A stretch of DNA of 64,000 nt, from positions 1,209,378 to 1,273,377 of the forward strand of contig BDGG01000014.1 in NCBI GenBank assembly GCA_001949185.1. The letters are read 5' to 3'. Positions 1 through 12,845 of this stretch are shown here, piece after piece. A model generated the notes under the pieces. The model had not been told where the DNA came from and ran no database searches. It saw only the letters and a list, made by a program, of their open reading frames with translations. The position numbers were made by a program, and so were the translations under genes. This DNA comes from Ramazzottius varieornatus. Taxonomy: Eukaryota > Animalia > Tardigrada. Position 1 is the first letter of the stretch. Each line of letters opens with the position of its first letter.

Positions 1-2479
1 TTGACGCTCAGCCAAAGTATGTTTACAGTCGCCGACTTCTACGAAAATTGTTTATGCCAGACTTTCTGAAGATTCTATCGAGGCTTGGAAGAAAAGTCGA
101 TCATTCGCTCACTGTGACTTTGATTCAAGATTGAGGGACTGTAGTAGGGTCCGTCCCATAAGGTGAAGAGCGCAGGGGAATTTGATGCTGAAGCAGAGAA
201 GCCGTTGTGAGGCATTTGCACACAAGGTTTCCGTTGTGTTTGGTGATCAGCGAAAGTCTGTCACAATCAGGTGAACGGCGCATCCATCATGGCATCTTGG
301 TCGCTGGTTGGTAACTGGCAAGTATGGCAATAAAGTAAAGCGAAGAGCAATTTAGTTGAAGACGGCAGTGGCCAAGTTGTACTTGAGGTTCGATTACCGC
401 ATGGATAATGCAGCATATATACTGTAGTTCCCCAGCCCTCCTTGTTCCTCTGACAGACGGCCATCGACGTACAGTTGGGGAATTCGTACAGGAATAAGGA
501 ATTTTTGTGTTGGACAAATTGGCGGTCTCTTGCCCTCTTCTTCCAGCTGGGCTGCCTGCGCTTTTTGCCCGTGTGTCTATGTATACGCAGTCCAGTACTT
601 GAACGAGGAAATCGAGCGCAGATGTCAAACGTAGACTGTATTGTATCTCCTACACTAAAGATCCTGTTCTCCCCGAAACGTGTCGATCCCATTCCGTCTA
701 AAGTTTACTTTTACATGTTGTACTTTACTTGTAGAAGACCTGGCGCTCGCACAAGATCTGACTTTACTCTTACGGTATTCTCACTATACGTTTCATTATT
801 TTAAACTTGGCCTCAAAATTGAGTCGAATTTTACCGGGCCGTCTTTCATCTAATCATAATATTGACTTGTCAATTTAAGTCCTGGAAGTTCTTGTTTGAT
901 GTAGAACGTAGCTTTGTGAATCTGATGATAGAAGCGTCATCAGTAAACACGGCACGCCCTCTTTCCTGATGTCATTAGAGTACGCTAGCAAGACCCATGC
1001 AGCTTGTTGGCCGGAAACGACCATACGTGAGGAACACGCAATATCAGGAAGAACATCCTCCATTTGTGTCAATTAGGAAGGCAAATTCATCGCTGGATTA
1101 ACTTTGCACTGATGGCGCACTTGTCTACAAATTCCCGGCTGTGTTTCCCCACCAATTCCTTATGGCGGATGTGGATGTTATCGGTCCTTGTCTCCATCTT
1201 GTCATTCAGGTATGAGTATATACAGTAGATGCAGTCAGTGAGTGACATTGATTTTGACCTGGTAAATGACTATTCTCTGTTCTTGTGATAAACGGATGAA
1301 GGTGAAAAGGTCGATTACTATTGTGCGATGCGTTCTGATAAATATTGTCCTCTTTCCCTGAGTGGGCACATTTACTAGGAGTACAGTACATGTCTGGGGA
1401 AAACCGTCCCGTTGGGTCTTGGAAAATATGGTGGTTGGTGGTAATCAAGCATGACAGTATAGATGGCGGTGTAAATGGACAGGGAAGAATGGCGGCCAAG
1501 CGGAAGCGTGACCGACTCACGGCACTTCTCCATCATCCGACCCTAAGATCAGAAAATAATGCAGGAACCACCACACAATTTGTGGCCAGGGTCTTCCCTG
1601 ATGAAAGACGGACAGAAGCCGTGATTGCTACCACGGGGGTGAATCAACAGTGAACAGTGCCATATTGACTTTACACCTCACTTAGGTACACTTTTCATGA
1701 ACCAAAACGCCGGTAATTATCTAAACCAACATGCAAAGTTTCTCCAACATCGATAAAAGGCCTCTTTATGTAGGGATCTCCCCCATAATCTTCTTCCTGT
1801 AGGCCAAATGCAGTCGCTATCTGCCGGACTATTCTGGCCATTGGCAAATTCTGCCATTTTTCTACGACACTTTCTGTCAAGTTGGTGCCCAGCACGGCCT
1901 TGACCAGCCTATTTGGAAGAAAGAAAGGCAGCATTTTGGAAGACAGCATTTTCATATTTGAATCTTTACCTTCGAAGCACGTGATGCTTGATGGAGAGAG
2001 TTCAAGGAGTGTTACAGGGAAACGGACGTGAAAAGAGTGTCATGGTTTGGGGGCAATTGGAAAGAGTATTGATATATGGGACAATCTTGGAAATTTGATT
2101 ATGCCGGGACTCGATATGTCACGAAGATCGAGCAATTACAAGTGGTCTTCCTGCCGATCGAATCCCGCTTTACACTGATCATTACATGGCTAGGCCGAGA
2201 AAGGCGTGCGCACATGTGGTCGCAGATGATCATAATGGAGACCCGGACAGCCTCCTTTTTGCCGCGACAGTGACAAACGACCAGGGCTCTTGGTCGTCAT
2301 GAGAAACTGCCAGAATGTGTCGGCGCGTAATCCGCTTACAGTGCAACATAACAAAGTGACTGAGCACTGCTTGATGAGAAAAAAAAGTGCAAATCAAGAC
2401 TGGGGTTTTTAATTCACTTCGGGAAACCACTTCAGCCCTGAAGAAGTCGTAAAGTGGTTACACAGTACTTGTATGGAAG

Positions 2480-5400
2480 ATGAAACTTTTGGTGCGAACT
2501 GCCCTTCTTTTTCTGTATTTCAGTAGCGCTGTCAAGGCTGAGGCCGAGGCGGCTGGAGTCGACTCATTAGGTCGATCCCTCAAAGAACGCAACGCCGGTC
2601 ATCCGCTGCAATCCAGTAAACGCCAGCTGCTGGACAAACTGCTGGATGGATATGATTTGGATAAGTGGCCGACCTTTCCGGATGAAAGCCTTGATAATGG
2701 TCAGTTGAACAGACGACCTTCACACCACAAACAGCCCATCAACTTTGATAGATTTGTCTTTCACAGTGACGGCGGAAGCCACCATTAGCTTCATTTCGGT
2801 CGACATTATGTTTATCAGTTCCATCAACGTGGAAGCGATGGTAAGGTTGAGTATAAGTTAGTAGAAAAGTGCAGCTGTGATTACGTTAGGCCTTCACCGA
2901 CCCTTTGGAAACTTGGCCGCTCTTGAAGTGTGATGAAGAGCGGCGAAAGGTCAGCTTGGATGATGTATGGAGGACCCGAGGGTCCCGAGGGGCGCTAATC
3001 ACATTGGCCTGTGTCAAGTTTCAAGTGGGCTCACCGGCTTGTCCTTCCTCCACTTGACTGCAGGAATAATGTCCACCAATCAATTTAGTGCCTCCTTTCG
3101 GCGGTGTCGCTCCCGCACTCCAGCCGTTACGCCATCCCCGAATTAGGAGTAACAGCAAGCACTTGCTCCTTTTTGGCAGGACTTGACCATCGACATGTAT
3201 CTCAACCAGAAATGGAACGACAAACGTCTTCAGTTTCCAGAAACCTTCTCCAAGCGCCGTCTTCATCTCAAGACCGTCGAGCAGATGAGACGGATATGGT
3301 CACCGGACACATACATCGTTAACGCAAAACAAGGTGACAACAAGAAATGACAAAAGCAAACAAATTAAACAGATATTATCTAGTAAAATGAAAAATGAAA
3401 ATAAGTAAATAAATAAACAATCAATACTATTGTGAAATATATTTAGGAAAATTTCACTTTTTTAACTTCCAGTGGGAAAAGCAATTTGTTAAAAAGGATT
3501 TCCGAGTGCCATCATTAAAACTTGACATTATTCTGATGACCGATCTGCAACTTATCGATATAACAGTGAAGTTACCTGCTGGGTTGATATATAAAAGTGC
3601 CTTACTTTTTCCGCTAGCCGTTCACGGTTGAAAGTGTCGATGGGCTGAACTATTTTGCATGTTTGTTCATGTACTAACGTTGAGTGTTATTCTATCTGTA
3701 GCCAATTTCCATCACATCACAACGGAGAACCGGGTTGTGTACATCTCGGGTAATGGAGACGTCTTTTACAGCGCTAGGTACTCCTCCAGCAATTAAAATA
3801 TACACTGCGGGGATCAATACAGCTGGGCCATTTGCCTACAGCCATCATTGACGGCTGGTTAATGTTAACAGGATCACCGCCAAAGTGGCTTGCGAAATGA
3901 AGTTCCACAGCTTCCCTATGGACAATCAGGAATGCGTCCTACATCTGGCTTCCTGTAAGAAGACACCATTATACTTCGACCCAGACATGATGAACAGCAA
4001 AGGAAGAGATGTGTGACACTGGTAGAAACCTTCGTCCCTGACTTTTTGACCTTGCAGATGCCTACACCATCGATATCTTGCAAATGCACTGGCTGAAAGA
4101 AGGACCAGTGTCATATAAGAAGGACATGGACCTCAATCAGTTTCACCTGACCAATGTGACAACCATCGAATGTATCGACATGTATCCTGATGGTACGTGG
4201 AAATAACGTAGCAAAGAGCTAGCCCTGAAGCTACCGCTTCTCAGTCAGTCTGGGCCTCGACGTTGATGTATGTAATTACCGTATGTGGGTGACTCAAGAG
4301 CGATATATGGGAGAGAATCGCCTAAACTTTTACGCGCTTTTGCGACGTGACCAACAACGACAAAGATATGATATGTGAGATGGTAAACAGTTGTAATGAT
4401 TTGCAGGTGGGTTCCCCTGTCTGAAGATTTACTTTAAATTTGAGCGTCGGGTTGCGCATCATTTGATCCAGACCTTCCTTCCCACCGTCCTAATTGTAAC
4501 TATTTCCTGGGTCAGCTTCTACATTCAAGTAAGTTGCACGCTTCCCCTCCTGGCCTCCCACTTGCTGTGCTGGCTGAATGACACTGGCGGAAACACTAGT
4601 TGAGTAGTGGGCAAAGTAACTCAGGTGTCACGTGGTAAAGAAGCGACTTGTTGAGCGATTGCGGACGAACTCTCGCGTGGATATTTTGACGTCATCGTGT
4701 CGTCAATCGGCGCTTCTGCCCGCAGATGTGACGAACTACTAACGAGCATAATGACGTCTTCAAAGACGAACCTGAGCTGGCTGGCGATCTCTCAACAGAC
4801 CAGATTTCGTGACGTCATTCCTGAGTTACTCTGCCCACAGCTCAGTTGTGTTGTCCTGTACGCAGGCCGACGCTGTTCCCGCACGGATCGCCCTGGGAAT
4901 CACCACGCTGCTGACAATGATTACGCTCAACAGCGGCACCAAACAAGGTTCGTTCCTCCTATCTCTCCTTCCCAGAATGCCAACCTTTTTCATCTGCTGA
5001 TCAAGGAGACGGTTTACTCCAGAGAATATCAGGCTAATAACGTAACACTTCATTAGCGTGTGTACGCTATACAACCTTATCACCTTTACCCTTTACTTGC
5101 GCCACTCTAGATCTGTGCTTGCGGCAACATAACAATCATAGGATCAAAGCTTAATTTGTTGTTTCTTTGCAGGTCTCCCACCAGTCTCTTACGTAAGTTC
5201 TTTCTATACAGATCTATCTGGCAATATTTAAATACTAACAAATACGTCTTGTCCTTGTAGGTCAAGGTACGTGCACAAAGATTGGGACTGTGAAAGTTAC
5301 TGGCAACTTCTGGCAGGACATTTGGAGGATGTTCTTAAAGACAGGCTTAGGCTTGCTTTGCAGGCAATCGACGTATGGATGGGCGTGTGTACCTTCTTCG

Positions 5401-7168
5401 TCTTCTCGGCCATCTGGGAGTACGTTATCGTCTGTATACTGGAACGAAGACCGCTGGGCGGTTGTCGACACAAGAGCGGCAGTCGGGGTTCGCGCGGCTC
5501 GTTGGGCGCCGGCTTGATCATCCCCAACCTTCACGCCACATCGGCCTCCACCCACGACCTTCCACACTTCGACTTAGCGGGGCGTAGCCTCAGTCTTCGC
5601 AGTAGTCGTTCAATCGCCCGCCTGGCTGCCTTCCACCATGTGGACCTTACCCACGCCGATCGACAGCCGAACAACCACAGTACATCGTCCTGGCATCGCC
5701 AGTCCACCAGCTTCCCACATCCCGCTGTCTCCCCCCAAGGCTCACTGGGAGAACGCCAAGACCAACAACAGCTTAGCAAAACTTCCTGGGAACCTGTAAG
5801 CTAACTCCAAATTTTTCCACGCCTTGATTATCAAAGGAAACCGACAGGATAATGCGACCGCGACAGAAAAGTAAAAACGGAAAAGAAGAAAAAATGTACA
5901 CATAAGAAGGATCAAAATTAGCAGGTTGAAGAACAGAATAATTAATATTTTCCAGAAGGCAGATAAGAAAGTATAATTATTGAGTTGTAAGAGAACTTGT
6001 CCTTGATTTGGGTTATGGCTTCTACGACAACCTACATTTTAGCAATAAATTTTGAATATGGCACTGGCCTTGAGCTGTAAAGCACAAGTGTATGCAAGGA
6101 GGAAACAGGAAGGAAGTTGAGAAGCGTGGAGGGAAGAAAGGGGCGTGCACAAGGGGCTAGCTTGTGCTGCTCAATAGGGAAATTAAGCCCTGGAGAACGT
6201 TCGTTTAACACTGAATATCTGCTCTGGGTCCTCGGATGGCCCACATCTTCAGCCTGGAAGACGTCTTTTCCCGATCCAAGCTCTTTTTTATGCACTTGTC
6301 ATGATGTCAGTGGACAAATTGCTTGCAATTGCAAATTTACGATGGGCTTTCGCTGCTTTTTTCCTCTTTCCATCCTCATCGCAGCTTTTTTCTTTATGGC
6401 CAACAACAATGTCAGACGGCACTTGCAAGCTGCTTTATTACGGTCATTAAAGCATCTCCAGAACAAACTGCCTTCCTAGTGCAATATCCCTAATGATACT
6501 GCATTTTCTGCATAAAAAAAACTTGGCTAGTTCATGGACACTAACAAAACCAAAACCAAGACCAGTGCAGCAATCAAAATAATAAACTGCCACGCCCAAA
6601 TTTCGGTAGGTGGCACCACGCGTACCTTTACATTCCCAAAAACGCCCTTTTTCTACAACATTTCGAGTCCGTGGTGCACCACGTCAACAGGAAATCTCAT
6701 AGCAAAACACCATCAGGATTCCTACCCAACAGCTAAGTGGCGCACAATTCTAGCCAATAATACTGAAAACGTGCGCCAGTTGAGACAAGGATCGTTCGAG
6801 CCTGAATTTGCTTGTGTACCGGGCCCACAAACTGAAATCCTGAAGATCCTTTATTGTTGCAGAAACCAGAGACAGTATACGGAGCAATCCAGACCAACAA
6901 CCACCGCGCTGCGGAGCTGCAGGACCTTACCCGTATTCAGTCCACCACCTTGATGGACGATGAGCTGGCTGTGGTGGAAAACAAGAGGAAGAAGCGGATA
7001 AAGATTAACTGTTCCTGTAGGAGCAGCCAGCCAGCCACTTCTGCAGCTGAGCGCTCTAAAAGAGTGGACATTATTGCCAGGTTTGCCTACCCAGCCTTGT
7101 TTTTGCTCTTTAACCTTTTCTACTGGCCGTATTACCTGACGATGACTCCGCACAGTTCTATACCATGA
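2480..7168 (+). CDS. Cys-loop ligand-gated chloride channel subunit (GluCl/GlyR/HisCl-like), about 12 exons
   Basis: Signal peptide MKLLVRTALLFLYFSSAVKA. Spliced exons give DLTIDMYLNQKWNDKRL, IWSPDTYIVN, the Cys-loop CEMKFHSFPMDNQEC (3872-3954), the loop-C pair CIDMYPDGGFPC, M1 QTFLPTVLIVTISWVSF, M2 VPARIALGITTLLTM (PAR = anion selective), LPPVSY-VK-AIDVWMGVC, and M4 RVDIIARFAYPALFLLFNLFYW. All junctions are GT-AG and in phase. Confidence 0.95.
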
Positions 7169-8310
7169 GAAATATCACACTTCATAAATTTTTATTTAGG
7201 TCTTGTCTTAAAACTTAAAACGTCTTAACCACGTCGATATGTACAGACCCTGATTTCTCCTCAAAAGGCATTACAACAAAATAATTATCGATAATAAAAT
7301 AACACGGCGCATGAAACATCAAAAGGGACGCTGTCAAACTAGCAAGACGTCCTGCTTGTGTAAGAAGGTACGTGATGGGCTGAAAGACTTTTAGCTGTTC
7401 ATGTTCCCATCCGCTGCATTCATTCAATATTTAAACTTATTTGGATCCGTCTTAGATCTCTGCTGGAAGTGTAAACCGAAGGCGCTGAATGCTAAAAACA
7501 TTAAAATCCCAAGACAGAAGTATTCACAGCACAACTGGGAGTCTCCCCATAAACATCCATCCTGGCCATAGGACTGAAATGGGTGACTTTATCTTACTTG
7601 GTTTCAGCGTTGGCTTCGATCATGTTTAGACATTCATATTTTCTACTTAACACTTGACCAGCTCACATTTCCTTCCTTGTACCATTAAGGTTCCCTCATC
7701 GCGGCTGTTATCCAATGACCACTAATTGCTCTCCTCCACCACACTTTTCTTCGTCTATCTTCGCTTCAAACCCAACATATCGCTTCCAGATCCTGTTGCA
7801 ACGCCTTGCTTGGCCACACTCTACAGGCTAGGCAAAGGCGCGACAGTTGCGCGCTTCTCTAATAATTCATTCTTTCTCGTCCGGAGCGCGGCCATGCTGT
7901 AGTGGGTAAAAATATCCCCATTAGAAATATGAATAAGCCGGCTTCCTCGGCTCCGGCTGCATGACGCTCGCAAACTGCTACCACATGTCCGCTTCCTTCC
8001 TCTAAACTTCAATGACTTCTCCACCAAAGTCAGTATTGCATCAATTCACTTTGTCAAGTAAGATCTGTAGATGTGAATCAATGTTGAAGAATATCTTCTC
8101 CCGCAACGACGACTATCATCCGTCAATATTATTTCTTCTTTCGCAATCAGATTTTTTCATGTTCGTCTGAAATGATACTAAAGAAGCGGCAAGCCTTTTC
8201 TTCCTTATCTTACGGCTAATTTGAACGGGCCATTTGTCCTTAGCTATAGATTGTCCCTCAGTTGTTCACATCTTGTTTCAATTTTTTTACTTTGTAGCGT
8301 TTTATTCAGG

Positions 8311-10777
8311 ATGGATGTGACCTCAATTAATTATTCTTTTTCCTTAATTTGGCTTCTTGTGCTGTTCCTGTTTGTGAGGGAGGAGGAAGCGGTGCCGTTA
8401 CGTGTTGACTTTGATGCCGACGAAGCGGACATCCTGGACTTGAGCCATCCCTTCAACAATCAGACCGTCTATTATCCAACAATGGAACAGCTGGGCTTCA
8501 CCTTCCAGCTGGGAACCGTCTTCCGCGGCATGAATAAACAAGGACAGTATTACTCGGCCTTTTATTTTCAGGCTGGCGAACATGGTGGAACTCACGTCGA
8601 TGCCCCTTCCCACAACCAAATTAACGGGTAAAGTCACTTCTCCAAGTAACCGACAGTACCCAGCATGCAGCTTGAATACAAGCATATAATCGTAGAGGTT
8701 ACAGTAATTGGATCAAAGTACTTTGGGTGGCCAGACGACATAGATTGACCAAGCTTAGTTACCCTTGAGCAGACGTGTAAATAGCCGAAAAATTTTTGTG
8801 AGAGAAGATAGACCGAATAAAGGGAGTAGAGGTGATATGATAATGTTGGGAAAGATGACCCAGATTCCTTGGAACGATGGTCGGGAGTGTCAAAACACGA
8901 GCCGTGACATTTTCATATGCCTGTTGGACGATGGCATATAGCCTTTAACATTGTCGGTCATCTTGGCCTTCGAAGGCACGTCAAGTCCAGCTAGTGATCT
9001 AGTCAGCCTTGAGCATATCCTTCACGAGCTCCTCTCTGTCCGTTCGAAAACGATTGATCAGATTTGATGCCATCTCAAGTCTCCTCATTCAACGATGAAA
9101 TGTTCCGAACAATCTTGACACTGACCATCTGCATGAAGATGTCACTCTGAATGTTACATCATCCTCCTACCGACATCTTGTCCATCAAACCCTTAAGAGA
9201 GTCCCAGTGTCGACCGACCAAAAATTTAGCAAGCCAACATTCCTGTTAATATCGCTACTAATAAGGGAATTGGTGAAAATTTCAAGTTTATGGTCGGTCG
9301 AATGCCAAGATCTTCGTAATTGGACCGGTTTCGCAAGTCATGCTTTCGACCGAAACTGTATAATATATTGTAATTTTATATAATTGAAATTCTTTCAAAC
9401 GTTTCGTAGTCGGCGGCGTGAGGTCACAGCATAAAGAACCGGAAGTGCGCCACCTTCGCGGGGAACCAGAAGTACGTTCCTTTCGCGGGGTCAATTTCTC
9501 GTTCGGGGACACTGGTTCGGTCTCACTCCCCGAACGGGAAATTGACCCCGCGAAAGGAACGTACTTCTGGTTCCCCGCGAAGGTGGCGCACTTCCGGTTC
9601 TTTATGCTGCAATCTTTTGCCACCGACGCGAAACCTTTTTTGCAGAGAATTTGATTTGCTTAAAATTACAGGACCTTATACAGTCTTGTTCGAAAAGATG
9701 ACTTGCGAAACAGGTCCATCATGGGCCAGGCAGAAAAGACGGCAATTAAATACTCAACCGCTGAAAATATCGAAAAGTGCTTTAGTGTGAACCAGTCGCG
9801 TACGTATGTCCTTACGGAGCGCCATAGCGAAAAGGCCTGGTCCATGATTTTTACTGGCTCTTGATTTGTCTTCGTGGGTGTACGTATCTGAGAATTGACG
9901 GTATGTTTTTGTTCTGGGTTGCAGATCCTCAGTAGATCAACTGCCACTATCGCAGTTAATGGGTCCAGCCGTCGTCCTTGACCTGTCTTCGCGCATTCGT
10001 CGGAACATGGACTATGAAGTGTCCGTCTCCGACCTACAGCAATGGGAAGAACTGTACGGTCCCATGCCCAAAAACGCCCTGGTCTTTTTCTACTTTGGCT
10101 GGTCGCTGAAATGGCCCCACCGCAACGCTCTCTTTGGGACCAAGTCTTTCCCCGACGACATGGACTTTCACTTTCCCGGTTTGTCCCTGCCGGCGGCCAA
10201 GTGGTTGATCAAACACCGGCTGATCAAAGCCATCGCTACCGACACACCCTCCCTGGACTCGGGCCCCAACCAACGAGCCTTACCTGTCCACCACTTCCTC
10301 TCACAGTCCTCCATCCCCATCATCGAGTTTGTCAACAACCTGGACAGGATGGCGCCCAGCGGCGCCATGGTCCTGGGCTTGCCCATGAAGATCCAAGGAG
10401 CTAGTGGTGCGCCACTGAGGCTGATTGCCTTCAACTGGGATAAGGACAGACAGTATGCCGCACACCGACAGCTTAATGGACCTTCGGAACGCGAGCGAGA
10501 ACGTGAGAGAGGCTCGAGGAGAAAGTCCACGACGGCCACGCTCAATAGTATTTTCCTCAGTGAAATGTCGACCCGTCCAACGAGGCCAAGAATTACAAGT
10601 GCAACTTCAGAAGGTCCAGCAAATGGCGAAACCACCACTGTATCCATAGCGGGGCTGCGTGCGCAGGTTAAAGCTTCCAAGAAGCCCAAAACAAATACAG
10701 CTTTCTTAGCCAGCTCCAACCTTTTCATGACGCTTATTTTGAATTTCGCTGTATGTTTCTTTCTAGCGATAACGTAA
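8311..10777 (+). CDS. Cyclase-family metal hydrolase (kynurenine formamidase KynB / isatin hydrolase-like), signal peptide and probable GPI tail; 2 exons (8311-8627, 9925-10777)
   Basis: Family motifs ILDLSHP, EHGGTHVDAPSH (HxGTHxDAPxH), FPGLS, IATDTPSLD, IIEFVNNL and GASGAPLRLIA. Phase-2 GT-AG intron at 8628-9924. Confidence 0.9.
9321..9718. mobile_element. About 400-bp foldback/MITE-like inverted repeat in the cyclase intron
   Basis: 83-bp arms at 9427-9509 and 9527-9609 are reverse complements with one mismatch around a 17-nt loop. Degenerate pairing extends to tggaccggtttcgcaagtcat (9321) / atgacttgcgaaacaggtcca (9718). Confidence 0.8.
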
Positions 10778-11347
10778 AATCACTGCACCAATTCTTCGGT
10801 TTGTGACTTCTGGCGACGTGATTTATCTCAATACGTGGGATAAGTCTTCTTTCATCTCCGTGTTTACAGGATGACGCCAATGTCATTCACACTTTCACAA
10901 GTAGCTAAATTTATTCCCGGTGAGCGTTTAATCAGCGTCCGCTGGACTATTATTTCAATATAAATACTACATGATTGATATTTCTGCATATGTCTGTTTC
11001 GTAGCAATACTATCACACCGGTCAGCCATTGGTAAATATCTACCGATCATTCACACCAAATTTTGATACGACTAGTTACGTCGAAGGTGACACAAGCCTC
11101 TGTCATTTCGAACTTGCCCTGAACTCGTAGAGTACATTTTACTGCTCGTCCACTCTTTTCGTAGTAACTCTCGCCTTCTGGTGGTACTCCATACTTGTTA
11201 AATCCGGGATACTCACTTGGTGTTGAAACGACATTGTAGCGACCAGCGTCATTGGAGGCTGACCTTTGAGTCTTCTGCTGCAGCAAAGCCCGGACTGCCA
11301 TATTCCTTGTGTCATCGTTACCTTTTATCACAGTTTGAAAAGCCAGA

Positions 11348-12440
11348 ATGTGGTGGTGTTGTGGCCTTTCCTTTCTGGCCTTTCTTTTGAGCGTAGGGTG
11401 GAGCGAAGGGAAGCAGTGCTACGTTTGCCAGACCGATGATTGGGGTGTCAAGGAATACATGACACCGTACAGCAAGAGAAATCAGGCCGATTGCTGGTCA
11501 ACTGACCCCAACGTTCTGGACAAATACCGACAGGAATGCTCCTGGCTACCAGGCAGTCCTGGAGCCACTAGTGCCAACGCGGCCGACAACATTTTCACCT
11601 ACTGCGAAGTGGATATTGTCTACGAGGTCCCCAATGACCCGACGTCCCAAGGTACGCCTTGTCGATAGATCTATGCCGACTTGGTATGTAGAAAGCAGAA
11701 GGATGCGTCCTCTTTAAGGCGGCTTCTTTCTAGTCATCGCCATTGCCCGCGCCTGTCTGCCTCAGAGCTGGCAAAGCAGTTACTTCCAAAGGTCAGGTAA
11801 CCAGATGTGCCAACTGGGATACGTTGGGAACTCGGCCAATCGAGCATCCCAGACTTACTCTTGCTTGTGGTATGTGCAGTACGGTAGCTTTTCGGCCAGG
11901 CCTTGATGTGTACGCGTCGGCCTGACGTTGCTCATTATGGGTAGCTTCCTTTGCAGCAACGGGGACAACTGCAACACCTTTTCATACGTGGCAGCCACTG
12001 GCAGCAACGGGGGAATTGTACCAGCTGCTGCCCCTGCAGGAAAGCTTGCCGGCGTTCCAACCACAAACTTCGACACTGGATCTGGCACGGGCGGCACTGG
12101 CGCAACGGGTGGTAGCGCTAGCGATGGAACTAGTGGCGGTGCTACTGGAGGTAGCGGCACAGGAGCAAGTGGCACGGCTGCCGCTGGGCCTACTTCCATC
12201 GATGGCGGCCCAGGAGGACGACCAACTTTGGATGCCAGCGGAGCAATTATAGTCCCTGATCATGGCGGAACAGTGGTCGGTGATGACTCAGGTGTCGATG
12301 TGGCCCAGCGAGCGGCTAACGCAACCGCTGATAGTGGTGCGGGGGCCGGTGGCGTTGGAAGCTTGGCCGTCGCCACACGAACTTCTGTTATATTGCTTGG
12401 TCTTTTTATGTTACCTTATGTCATCCTGCTCTACCTCTGA
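11348..12440 (+). CDS. Ly6/uPAR (quiver/sleepless-like) cysteine-rich protein with Gly/Thr/Ala linker and GPI-type C-terminus; 3 exons
   Basis: Signal peptide followed by CYVC...C...C...YC. Exon 2 (about 11734-11869) reads IARAC...MC...SCLC. Exon 3 reads FLCSNGDNCN (C-terminal CN signature), then a Gly-rich stretch and the hydrophobic tail SVILLGLFMLPYVILLYL. Confidence 0.75.
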
Positions 12441-12845
12441 TTTAAAGTCTTCCGCCGATGGATCACGTCGTTCCCCAGCACGAAGGGTATCAGTCCAACA
12501 CCTTGCGCACAATTAGATAAATATTACGACGGGGCCAGTACGCTTTCTAGCTTCTTATTAACGTACAAAGGATACTGTTACCGCGGAATCGACTGGGATT
12601 GAAATTGGAACGAGAAAACAGGACGACGAGGGTAGTGGCTGGCAATATTTTATTTCAACGTTTTCAGCCAAAGTTGGATTCAGAAGTTGGCAGCTTTCAC
12701 TCGAGACCAGTGCAAAAGTCGACCAATGGATTACCACGAACTCACCAGGTTACGGCTTCACTGTTACTATTCCTCTCGAAATGATATTGGCATAGTAGGA
12801 CAAACTTTTGATTTATGGAATTCAAAATCCGTTGTCACTGCGCGT

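Noticed and set aside
1-2060. Fragmentary minus-strand coding-like sequence with splice-like signals
   Set aside because: No consistent frame or recognisable domain could be assembled. It is probably a decayed gene or TE, so I left it uncalled.
7560-9240. Coding-like minus-strand patches upstream of and within the cyclase intron
   Set aside because: Multiple stops and no recognisable motif.
9288-9790. Near-identical peptides on both strands (TPRKERTSGSPRRWRTSGSLCC)
   Set aside because: A by-product of the inverted repeat, not duplicated genes.
11047-11331. 94-aa minus-strand ORF abutting the Ly6-like start
   Set aside because: No domain or splice support. It overlaps the presumed promoter/5' UTR.
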